Source: a virus (Duplodnaviria > Caudoviricetes). Taken from it: DNA of 25,255 bases. The stretch is from IMG/VR virus record IMGVR_UViG_3300048599_000874, positions 1 through 25,255 of that record. One strand, written 5' to 3'. The notes beneath the pieces are model-generated. The model was not told the origin of the DNA and did no database searches. It saw only the letters and a list, made by a program, of their open reading frames with translations. The position numbers were made by a program, and so were the translations under genes. Below are positions 16,829-23,403 of the stretch, in pieces (within the stretch, counting starts at the first letter, position 1; the number at the start of each line of letters is the position of its first letter).

Positions 16829-16867
16829 CCAGGCGCCGGCTGGCCAAGATCCAAAAGGAGCACAAGC

Positions 16868-18301
16868 ATGTCTGTATTTTCCTCGGCGATTAACCGAGTA
16901 TTTGGCAAGGCGATTGAGCGGCGCGTTCATCAGGCGCTGGCCACCGAAACCGATGCGACCTTTCTGGTGGGCGGGCACGGCTGGAGCTTTGAGGAGCGCG
17001 ACCGGCTGGATTATGACCGGGAAGAAGTGCTGCGCCAGGCGCTGGAAGCCTGGCGGGTAAACCCGCTGGCGCGGCGCATCGTGGAGCTGACCACGCAGTA
17101 CGTGGTAGGCGGCGGGCTGCGCCTGCGCGCCGACGCCCCGGCCACGCACGACTTCCTGACCGCCTGGTGGACGCATCCGCTCAACCAGTTGGCCATGCGC
17201 GTCTATGAGTGGTGCGACGAACTGACCCGCTCGGGCGAACTCTTCCTGCTGCTCTCGACCGACGCGGCCGGGATGAGCTACGTGCGCGCCGTGCCGGCCG
17301 CGCAGATTGAGCAGATCCAGACCGCCGCCAACGACGTGCAGCAGGAGCTGGCTTACACCCAGCGCGGCCAGAACCCCGGCGAAGAAATCACCTGGGCCGC
17401 TTATGATCCGCACAACGACGAACGCGGCGAGGATGGGCGCTTCGCGCCGGTGCTGCTGCATTACGCCATCAACCGGCCGGTGGGCGCGGTGCATGGCGAG
17501 AGCGACCTGGCCCCGCTGCTGCGCTGGCTCTCGCGTTATGCGGCCTGGCTGGAGGACCGCGCGCGGCTGAACCGCTACCGCAACTCGTTTTTGTTCGTGG
17601 TGAAAGGCCGCTGGGCCAGCGAGGCGGAACGCAGTGCGCGCCAGGCGGCGCTGAGCGCCGCGCCGCCCTCGCCGGGGTCAATCCTGGTGGTGGATGACTC
17701 GGAGAGCTGGGAGGTGATCAACCCACAGTTGGCGAGCCAGGAGGCCGGGGAGGATGGCCTGGCGCTGAAGAAGATGATCGCCGCCGGGGCGGGGCTGCCG
17801 CTGCACTTTCTGGCCGAGCCGGAGGACAGCAACCGCAGCACGGCCGAAAGCGCGGGCGGGCCGACCTACCGCCATTTCGAGCAGCGCCAGGAGTTCTTCA
17901 CCTGGCTGGTGGGCGACGTGGCGCACGCGGCAGTGCGCCGCCGGGCGCAGGTGGATGCCCGCGTGAACCCGGACGCAGTGATCCAGGTGAACGGGGCGGA
18001 CCTGAGCGCGCGGGATAACGCCAGCCTGGCGGTAGCCACCAGCACGATCACCGCGGCGCTGACCGATCTGCGCGACCGCGGGGTGATCGACGACGCGGAA
18101 CTGCTGCGCATGGTCTACCGCTTTGCCGGGGAAGTGGTCGACGTGGAGGATCTACTGGCGCGCGGCCGCAAGGCCGGGCCAGTGATGAAGGAAACGGTTT
18201 CGGGGACGGCAAAGCCAGGCGTCACGCCGGTGAAGGGCAAACCCGCCGGGGTGAAGGTGAACGACGCGGGGGACTTGAACGGTCTGCCGAAGGTGGAATA
18301 A
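16868..18301 (+). CDS. Phage portal protein
   Basis: NPLARRIVELTTQYVVG, ELTRSGELFL, GESDLAPLL, AGAGLPLHFLA, NRSTAE; RBS AAGGAG; 477 aa. Confidence 0.85.
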   Translation: MSVFSSAINRVFGKAIERRVHQALATETDATFLVGGHGWSFEERDRLDYDREEVLRQALEAWRVNPLARRIVELTTQYVVGGGLRLRADAPATHDFLTAWWTHPLNQLAMRVYEWCDELTRSGELFLLLSTDAAGMSYVRAVPAAQIEQIQTAANDVQQELAYTQRGQNPGEEITWAAYDPHNDERGEDGRFAPVLLHYAINRPVGAVHGESDLAPLLRWLSRYAAWLEDRARLNRYRNSFLFVVKGRWASEAERSARQAALSAAPPSPGSILVVDDSESWEVINPQLASQEAGEDGLALKKMIAAGAGLPLHFLAEPEDSNRSTAESAGGPTYRHFEQRQEFFTWLVGDVAHAAVRRRAQVDARVNPDAVIQVNGADLSARDNASLAVATSTITAALTDLRDRGVIDDAELLRMVYRFAGEVVDVEDLLARGRKAGPVMKETVSGTAKPGVTPVKGKPAGVKVNDAGDLNGLPKVE

Positions 18302-18335
18302 AGAGAAGGGGGACACAGGAAGCAGGGGGAAATGC

Positions 18336-18364
18336 AATCCGGGCCAGATCTGGCCCGGATTTTT
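18336..18364 (+). terminator. Terminator of the head/lysis operon
   Basis: 26-bp perfect palindrome AATCCGGGCCAGATCTGGCCCGGATT running into a T-run. Confidence 0.8.
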
Positions 18365-18446
18365 GGATTAACAATTTCTTGATTTCCCCGTTAAAGAATA
18401 AAAGGACAAACTAAAGCGGCGTCGTAGTCCTAAAAATTGAAAGAGT

Positions 18447-18542
18447 ATGAATAAAAAAAGACTGAGTAATGTCGTCTCCTGGTGGGCGCAGTTCGATAAG
18501 CGCCTGCTGGAATGGCTGCTCACGATCATCGTAAGCAGATAG
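18447..18542 (+). CDS. Candidate 31-aa amphipathic peptide (not in the ORF track)
   Basis: MNKKRLSNVVSWWAQFDKRLLEWLLTIIVSR; GAAAGAG upstream; isolated between two terminators. Confidence 0.4.
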   Translation: MNKKRLSNVVSWWAQFDKRLLEWLLTIIVSR

Positions 18543-18561
18543 TTATCTCCACTGGACACAA

Positions 18562-18585
18562 AAGGAGCTGCCCGGGCAGCTCCTT
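18562..18585 (-). terminator. Terminator of the leftward early operon (possibly bidirectional)
   Basis: Perfect palindrome AAGGAGCTGCCCGGGCAGCTCCTT with a T-run on the minus strand. Confidence 0.75.
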
Positions 18586-18599
18586 CTGTCACCAAACGA

Positions 18600-18968
18600 T
18601 TATTCTTCCTCATCGTCCTGGAGGGTGGGCGGCGGGGGTGTTGTACCATTGGTTGCGGGCCTGGCGCGGATCGCGATGCGCGGCTGGCCCGCGACGGTCA
18701 TGGGTTGGGGGTAAATGGTGATCTTCTTCCCCTTCCAGGTATCCGTTTCGTCTCCGAGGGCGGCGGCTATTTGGCGGGCGAGGGCCGGACCTAAGATAAT
18801 CCCCTTTTGGGTCTGGTCAAAATAGATGACCGGCTTACGTTCGACCGGCGCGCCTGGCTGCGGGTGCATCTCTTCAAGGTTGACGCGAGAGATGGTAAAG
18901 GTATATGCCTGGCCTTTGAGGTCATCACCAGTGGCGTAGCGTTTGGGGTAGAGTTCACTGATCTTCAT
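18600..18968 (-). CDS. Conserved phage protein, putative ssDNA-binding (OB-fold-like) with acidic tail
   Basis: YPKRYATGDDLKG...KPVIYF...KGIIL...GDETDTWKGKKITIY pattern common in phages; Pro-rich linker and DDEEE C-terminus. Confidence 0.6.
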   Translation of the reverse strand: MKISELYPKRYATGDDLKGQAYTFTISRVNLEEMHPQPGAPVERKPVIYFDQTQKGIILGPALARQIAAALGDETDTWKGKKITIYPQPMTVAGQPRIAIRARPATNGTTPPPPTLQDDEEE

Positions 18969-19366
18969 TTCATCCCTCCGAGGTCATGCAGCAGGCTGGA
19001 AAGGGTATAGGCAGCGCGGTCCAGACAGGCTCGGGCGGTATTGGCCTGGTGGGTCAGGGTTTGGTGACGCTTGTAACGGTCCAGACGGGCGAGGGCGTCG
19101 GCCTGGCGGGCCGGATCGGCGCCGATGTATTCCCGCTGGCGGGTTCCATCAGCAGCAGTAGGGTGGACCAGGTATAGATATTTCTGATCCCTAAAAAATG
19201 GGGATGCGTTGGTGATGCCCGCCTGCTCCAGGTCGTTAATTTGATCGGCCAGGGACTGATAGGCGCGGAGAGCGGCGGCGACGGCCTGGGGGACCTGGGC
19301 GGCATGTTTGACCAGGTCGGCGGCCAAATGGGGCGTTACGGGGGTCAGGTGGATTTGTTCGGTCAT
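18965..19366 (-). CDS. Hypothetical protein (coiled coil / beta hairpin)
   Basis: RBS AAGGA; 4-nt overlap with the downstream gene; YLYLVHP...RQREYIGADP. Confidence 0.7.
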   Translation of the reverse strand: MTEQIHLTPVTPHLAADLVKHAAQVPQAVAAALRAYQSLADQINDLEQAGITNASPFFRDQKYLYLVHPTAADGTRQREYIGADPARQADALARLDRYKRHQTLTHQANTARACLDRAAYTLSSLLHDLGGMK

Positions 19367-19382
19367 GGCGGAGTCCTTTTGA

Positions 19383-19424
19383 TGGTGACGGCCGCCGGCC
19401 TTCCGGAACCGGCGGCCGTCACCA
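19383..19424. promoter_or_regulatory. Intergenic 16-bp-stem hairpin
   Basis: TGGTGACGGCCGCCGG/CCGGCGGCCGTCACCA between a stop codon and the next RBS. Confidence 0.6.
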
Positions 19425-19429
19425 ATGAT

Positions 19430-20353
19430 TTACTTTTCGGGTGGGAATAAGCGGCGGGTGACGTCTACGGCGGCCTCGGTGCGCTGGCGCTGCCAGACAG
19501 AATTATTCGGTGACCAGTGGAAACCGTTGTGTTTGAGCGTGGCGCGGACGGCTGCATCAGGTTTTTCATCGAAAAAGACCTGTACGCGGTTCGCCTCCGC
19601 GTTTATCTCAACGTGGCCGCCGGAGAACGTCCACCCGTCAGCGGGGGCGGCCTGGATGCGGGATAGATCAACCACCCGGGCTTTTAAGCGGCGGATCTCG
19701 GCGGAGTTGTTTTTGAGCATGTAATCGGCGAAGCCGATACGACCGGCAAAGTCAGGTTTGAGCAACTTGCAGGCGTTTGACTCGTTGATACCCAGGGCGA
19801 TGAGTTGAGCAATCTTGTCCGAGTCGGTGATTTTCCGCCGGATGATTTTATTCGCGGCGACCATGCGCGCCTGGAGATTTTCGGCGGTGGCGATTTTGGC
19901 TTCAAGTTGGACCACGGCGTCCGGGCGATCGGCGGAGATGCTGCGCGGTGGTGTGGGGTGGATCTGGCGTTTGATGGCAGCCTGTGCGCGCTGGCTCCAG
20001 GTGATTAGCTCTCCCAAGCGGCGGTGTTCGGTTTCGGTACGCTTTTCCATCTGGCGAACGGGGAAACCTGATGGGCCGGTGATCATGGAAGACATAACAC
20101 GGCTTTTGGCGGCCAGGTAGGCGGTCAGATGTTTGAGGTATCCCTGGCGGTAGGCTTCAAGGAGTGTTTCGAGTTGGGCCTGTTGTTCGGGGGTGACGGC
20201 CAGGGGCGAAAGAGACTCGACTAGATTTTGCATATGCTGGACGTACTCGGCCTGTACCTGGGCGGCGCGTTTTTCGGGGGTGAAGGATATACCGGAATAG
20301 GCGCGGGTGACGAAAGATAAAGAAATATCGGAGGGGCAAAAGTTGAATTTCAT
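19430..20353 (-). CDS. DUF3560-like / polyvalent-protein-associated mobile element protein
   Basis: ISADRPDAVVQLEAKI, LKNNSAEIRRLKARV, NRVQVFFDEKP, LKHNGFHWSP...WQR; RBS AAGGA before ATG 20353. Confidence 0.65.
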   Translation of the reverse strand: MKFNFCPSDISLSFVTRAYSGISFTPEKRAAQVQAEYVQHMQNLVESLSPLAVTPEQQAQLETLLEAYRQGYLKHLTAYLAAKSRVMSSMITGPSGFPVRQMEKRTETEHRRLGELITWSQRAQAAIKRQIHPTPPRSISADRPDAVVQLEAKIATAENLQARMVAANKIIRRKITDSDKIAQLIALGINESNACKLLKPDFAGRIGFADYMLKNNSAEIRRLKARVVDLSRIQAAPADGWTFSGGHVEINAEANRVQVFFDEKPDAAVRATLKHNGFHWSPNNSVWQRQRTEAAVDVTRRLFPPEK

Positions 20354-20372
20354 GGCGGGTTTCCTTAGTGGA

Positions 20373-20398
20373 GCCTGGCCGGTCACAACCGGCCAGGC
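20373..20398. promoter_or_regulatory. Intergenic 11-bp-stem hairpin
   Basis: GCCTGGCCGGT/ACCGGCCAGGC between a stop codon and the next RBS. Confidence 0.55.
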
Positions 20399-20407
20399 AG
20401 GGAATGA

Positions 20408-21004
20408 TTAGAAGAGGGATAGCGAATCCGTATCCAGGTTCAGGTCTGTTTCTTTGATGGCCTGGAATTCGAGCAAATTCATGAGTTGCCAAAGGGTGAA
20501 CGTGCAAACGGAAGAAGGTCCCTTACCGGTCATTTCGTTGGAAAAGACCATGCGGCGGTGGTATGCGTCGCGTTCTTCAAGCTGGAGCGTGACTTCTTCG
20601 AGGTCCGCGTCAATGGCAACCACGCGGACCAGGCAGCGCTGATCAAGCTGGATGTAACCGTAGTAATTGCGCTGCTTCTCTTGCGAAAACCAACCGGCAA
20701 ACAGGGCCACGGCCAGGCGGTGCTTGCAGCGGCGCTCGGGGTGCGCGCCTGCGTCCGGGCAGGTGCAGGTGCGGCGGGTGGTGTCGACCAGGTAGGCGCC
20801 CGTGGGGTTAGATTGAGATTGGACACGGAACACGCCAGGCAGTAATTCCACGATGTTGTTACGCAAAGCAATTTCTTGAGCCTTAGCAAGCCGGGCTTGA
20901 AAACCCGGTTCTTTAAGCAAAGACGGGAAATCCTTCTGGAGCCTTTCAGCGCGGGCGCTGATTTCTTCGGCGGTGAGGTGTTGAGAAGATGAAGACGTGA
21001 GCAT
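20408..21004 (-). CDS. SWIM zinc-finger protein
   Basis: YLVD...CTCPD......CKHRLAV (CxC...CxH); RBS AAGGAG. Confidence 0.85.
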   Translation of the reverse strand: MLTSSSSQHLTAEEISARAERLQKDFPSLLKEPGFQARLAKAQEIALRNNIVELLPGVFRVQSQSNPTGAYLVDTTRRTCTCPDAGAHPERRCKHRLAVALFAGWFSQEKQRNYYGYIQLDQRCLVRVVAIDADLEEVTLQLEERDAYHRRMVFSNEMTGKGPSSVCTFTLWQLMNLLEFQAIKETDLNLDTDSLSLF

Positions 21005-21029
21005 GATGTGACTCCTTCAACAAACCGGA

Positions 21030-21617
21030 CTAAAAAAGGCTTTTTTGGTTGAAAACCCACTGCCAGGCAGGCAGCCCGGCAAACGACGACGGCGACCAGG
21101 CCCCGGCGCACCTCGCCAGAGGCAGCGGAGCGGCTGAAGCGGCCAGGACGAACACCGGCTGCCCGCGCTGGGCGGCCTGCGCAGCAACCGCCAGCGACCC
21201 GGAGCCGGGACTGACAAACACAGAGGCAGCGCAGCCCGAAAGAGCTGCGACTGACCGGCGCAGCAGCCGCGCGCGCAGCGGCAGCGACGCCGGACCACCT
21301 GCCCACCAGACCACCGCCGCGCCAGCAGCAGCGGCCGCCTGCACCACCGACACAGCGGACCCCGACCAGGCCCCCGCGCCGCCCTGGCCAAAGGCAGCAA
21401 ACACGGTGAGCCGGGACGCGGCCCCAGCCGCCAGCGCCGCCTGGATGACCTGGGCATCCGCGCCGATGGCGCAGCCGACACGGACCACCGCGCCAACGGC
21501 GAGGACCTGACTGACGGCCTGGGCAACTGCTGCACTGGCGGAGCACAGAGACCGGGAGCCGCCGAAGTGGATGGCGACTGAATTGGTGGTGGAATGTAAG
21601 TGAATGTTCGCGAACAT
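21030..21617 (-). CDS. DprA/SLOG-like Rossmann-fold protein; adenine-poor gene, probably leaderless
   Basis: IHFGGSRSL, VRVGCAIGAD, GSGSLAVA are SLOG-type motifs; ATG 21617 lies 6 nt after a consensus -10. Confidence 0.7.
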   Translation of the reverse strand: MFANIHLHSTTNSVAIHFGGSRSLCSASAAVAQAVSQVLAVGAVVRVGCAIGADAQVIQAALAAGAASRLTVFAAFGQGGAGAWSGSAVSVVQAAAAAGAAVVWWAGGPASLPLRARLLRRSVAALSGCAASVFVSPGSGSLAVAAQAAQRGQPVFVLAASAAPLPLARCAGAWSPSSFAGLPAWQWVFNQKSLF

Positions 21618-21672
21618 GTATCCATTGTAGCAAATGTTCGCGAACATGTCAAGCACCAATATTCGCGAACAT
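21604..21672 (-). promoter_or_regulatory. Consensus promoter TTGACA-N17-TACAAT overlapped by three ATGTTCGCGAACAT operators
   Basis: -35 at 21647-21652 and -10 at 21624-21629 (minus strand). Palindromes at 21604-21617, 21634-21647 and 21659-21672 (1 mismatch). Confidence 0.85.
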
Positions 21673-21844
21673 TTGGCCGCAAAAAAATGGACAAAAACGG
21701 CCCGGAACGGCCGGACGGCGGCCTTTAAGGAATCGTACTGGCGGACGCCCAAGGCTTTAGAAATTTTTTTTGGGGGGAATGTGGGACCAGGATCAGCAGC
21801 AGTGAGGCCTGTAGCTGGCAAGGGGGGAAACCGCGCGTTTGCGG

Positions 21845-21975
21845 GCTGTGCGAAACCTGTGGACAGGTTGTGCATAACCCGCCCCGGGTTGATGCCGATC
21901 TGCGCCGGGTGGACACGACGAACCAGCGCCGACCCTGGCGGATGGGTTATGCACAGCCTGCCCATGCTCCACAGC
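21845..21975. other. Long hairpin with DnaA boxes in the stem (ssiA/ABC-primosome-like)
   Basis: GGACAGGTTGTGCATAACCC (21861-21880) pairs 18/20 with GGGTTATGCACAGCCTGCCC (21944-21963). TTATGCACA matches the TTWTNCACA consensus in both arms. Confidence 0.55.
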
Positions 21976-22250
21976 GGGCAGCAAGGCGCTGCAAAGTCTG
22001 GCGACGGCGGGCAAACGACTGGAGCAAAGGCAGGTTTTGCATCAGCCCGGCGCGGTTTTCCCCATCAAAGGGGCGCGGAAATTACAAAATAATCTATGAA
22101 AATCTACCGCTGGCGCGTTTCAGCAGGCGGCAGCCTGGCGCGCCACGTTTTCCCTTTTGCGAAAAAGCACGAATAACACGCCCGGGCCGGTGATCTTCCG
22201 GCCCGGTGGTGATGTATTGTTGATCAATCCGCAAAAACGATTAGGAACGA

Positions 22251-22279
22251 TTGATAAGTACGCGAATATTAGCTATAAT
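22251..22279 (+). promoter_or_regulatory. Promoter TTGATA-N17-TATAAT with a degenerate copy of the operator
   Basis: AAGTACGCGAATAT (22256-22269) matches ATGTTCGCGAACAT at 11/14 positions, in the same position relative to -35. Confidence 0.75.
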
Positions 22280-22302
22280 CAAATCGCTTCGGGAGGAAAA
22301 TT

Positions 22303-22551
22303 ATGTTTAAGAAAAGAGTTATCGAATACCAGCCAATTGACATTGATCGCAGTGAATTAATGACCTTGGCTGAAGCATCAAAGGTTTTAAACATGGGGCT
22401 ACCTGGCGTAATCAGCGCAATCAGCCGGGATATTCTCACCGAGATTATTGACGAAGATGCTAATTTCCATGGGCGAAGGCTCGTTTTAAAATCCGAAGTA
22501 AAAAAGCTAGCCTTGAAAAAAGAAGAAGAAGAAAGAAGAAAAGAAAGTTGA
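22303..22551 (+). CDS. Small HTH DNA-binding protein (excisionase/MerR-like fold); candidate repressor
   Basis: LMTLAEASKVLNMGLPGVISAISRD...RRLVLKSEV; RBS GGAGG. Confidence 0.75.
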   Translation: MFKKRVIEYQPIDIDRSELMTLAEASKVLNMGLPGVISAISRDILTEIIDEDANFHGRRLVLKSEVKKLALKKEEEERRKES

Positions 22552-22573
22552 CGAACGCGAAACCCTTGAGCGG

Positions 22574-23216
22574 AACAAAGGGAGAAGCGGAGTGAACGGG
22601 GCGACCGGCCGAGATCATACAGGTGCAGCAAGCGAAGGAAGCGCAGTGCAGCGAAGGACCGGCCAGCAAGGCAAGCGGAAGAGCGAAGCAGGTGGGGCTG
22701 GGGTGATTTTTCCCGGCCCCACCTTTTTTCGCGCAGCTCTGGAGCGGCGGCGGGGCCGGCGCTCTTCCGGCCCGGCCGTGACTGATGAGCCGGGCCGGAG
22801 CGAAACGAAGCCGACGAAGCGCAGCGTCACTTACCAGACCGGAGGCCGGTCGCCGGTGAACGGAGCGCCGACCGGCGTGGAGCGGGAGAGAGTAGGCCTG
22901 GTCTTCTGTGAACTGTCTGGCCGCGGAGCCGGGAAGCGAAACAAAGGGAGAAGCGGAGTGAACGGGGCGGGCAGCGTGGTCAAAGTCACCGAGCGGAGGA
23001 AGTGGAGGGCCGGACAAGCGGAAGGGCGCAGCAGGCCAGGCGGGGGACGCGCAGCCTTGCGAAGCGTCCCCTGCCTGGCCTCTTTTAGCGCAGCCCTGGA
23101 GCGGTGGCGGCGCGGTGATCGTCCGCGCGGCCATGACCGACCCGGAGCGACTGGAGCGGGGGGAGAAATCACGGAGCTGCCCGCCGGTGAACGGAGCGCC
23201 GACTGGCGTGAAGCGG
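22574..23216. repeat. Two tandem ~330-366-bp structured non-coding units
   Basis: Identical 30-mer at 22574-22603 and 22940-22969; 21/23 block at 22731-22753 and 23088-23110; 33/35 block at 22851-22885 and 23182-23216; different hairpins plus T-tracts between them. Confidence 0.8.
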
Positions 23217-23240
23217 CGGAAAAATCAACCTGGTTTCTTG

Positions 23241-23391
23241 TTGTCTCTTCCAGAGAATCGGTGTAGAGTCAAAGGAAAAGCCCCGTCTGGTTGGCGCCAG
23301 GCGAGGCTGCGGTACAGCGTGGTCAGACGCTGCAAGAGTAGTGTAGTGTTTTTCGCCTGGCCATGCAAGTTTTGGCTGGGCGATGTTTTTT
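23241..23391 (+). promoter_or_regulatory. Promoter and attenuator-like leader of the PIN gene
   Basis: TTGTCT-N17-TAGAGT (23241-23269); hairpin 23279-23308; terminator-like hairpin 23353-23383 plus T-run just before RBS AAGGAG. Confidence 0.5.
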
Positions 23392-23403
23392 AAGGAGACC
23401 AAT

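Noticed and set aside
16812-18595. 12-bp inverted repeat TTGGTGACAGAA flanking the portal gene as an invertible segment
   Set aside because: 12-mer matches are expected by chance in 25 kb, there is no dedicated invertase, and inversion would cut the lysin end.
21030-21617. Diversity-generating retroelement as the cause of adenine depletion
   Set aside because: No reverse transcriptase and no TR/VR repeat pair differing at adenines in the window.
21618-21965. N-terminal extension of the DprA-like ORF, and ORF 21634-22092
   Set aside because: They run through the promoter, operators and hairpin; SLOG motifs begin only after ATG 21617.
22782-22830. Hammerhead-like CTGATGAG…CGAAAC
   Set aside because: Stems I and II cannot form properly; CTGATGA lies in the loop of a stronger TCCGGCCCGGC/GCCGGGCCGGA hairpin.
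22574-23216. CRISPR array
   Set aside because: Only two copies of each block, ~350 bp apart; no regular spacers and no cas genes.
22460-23266. Two overlapping 224-aa ORFs on opposite strands
   Set aside because: Low-complexity Arg/Gly/Pro/Ala translations; the repeat offsets (366 vs 331 nt) do not keep frame, so the conservation looks nucleotide-level.
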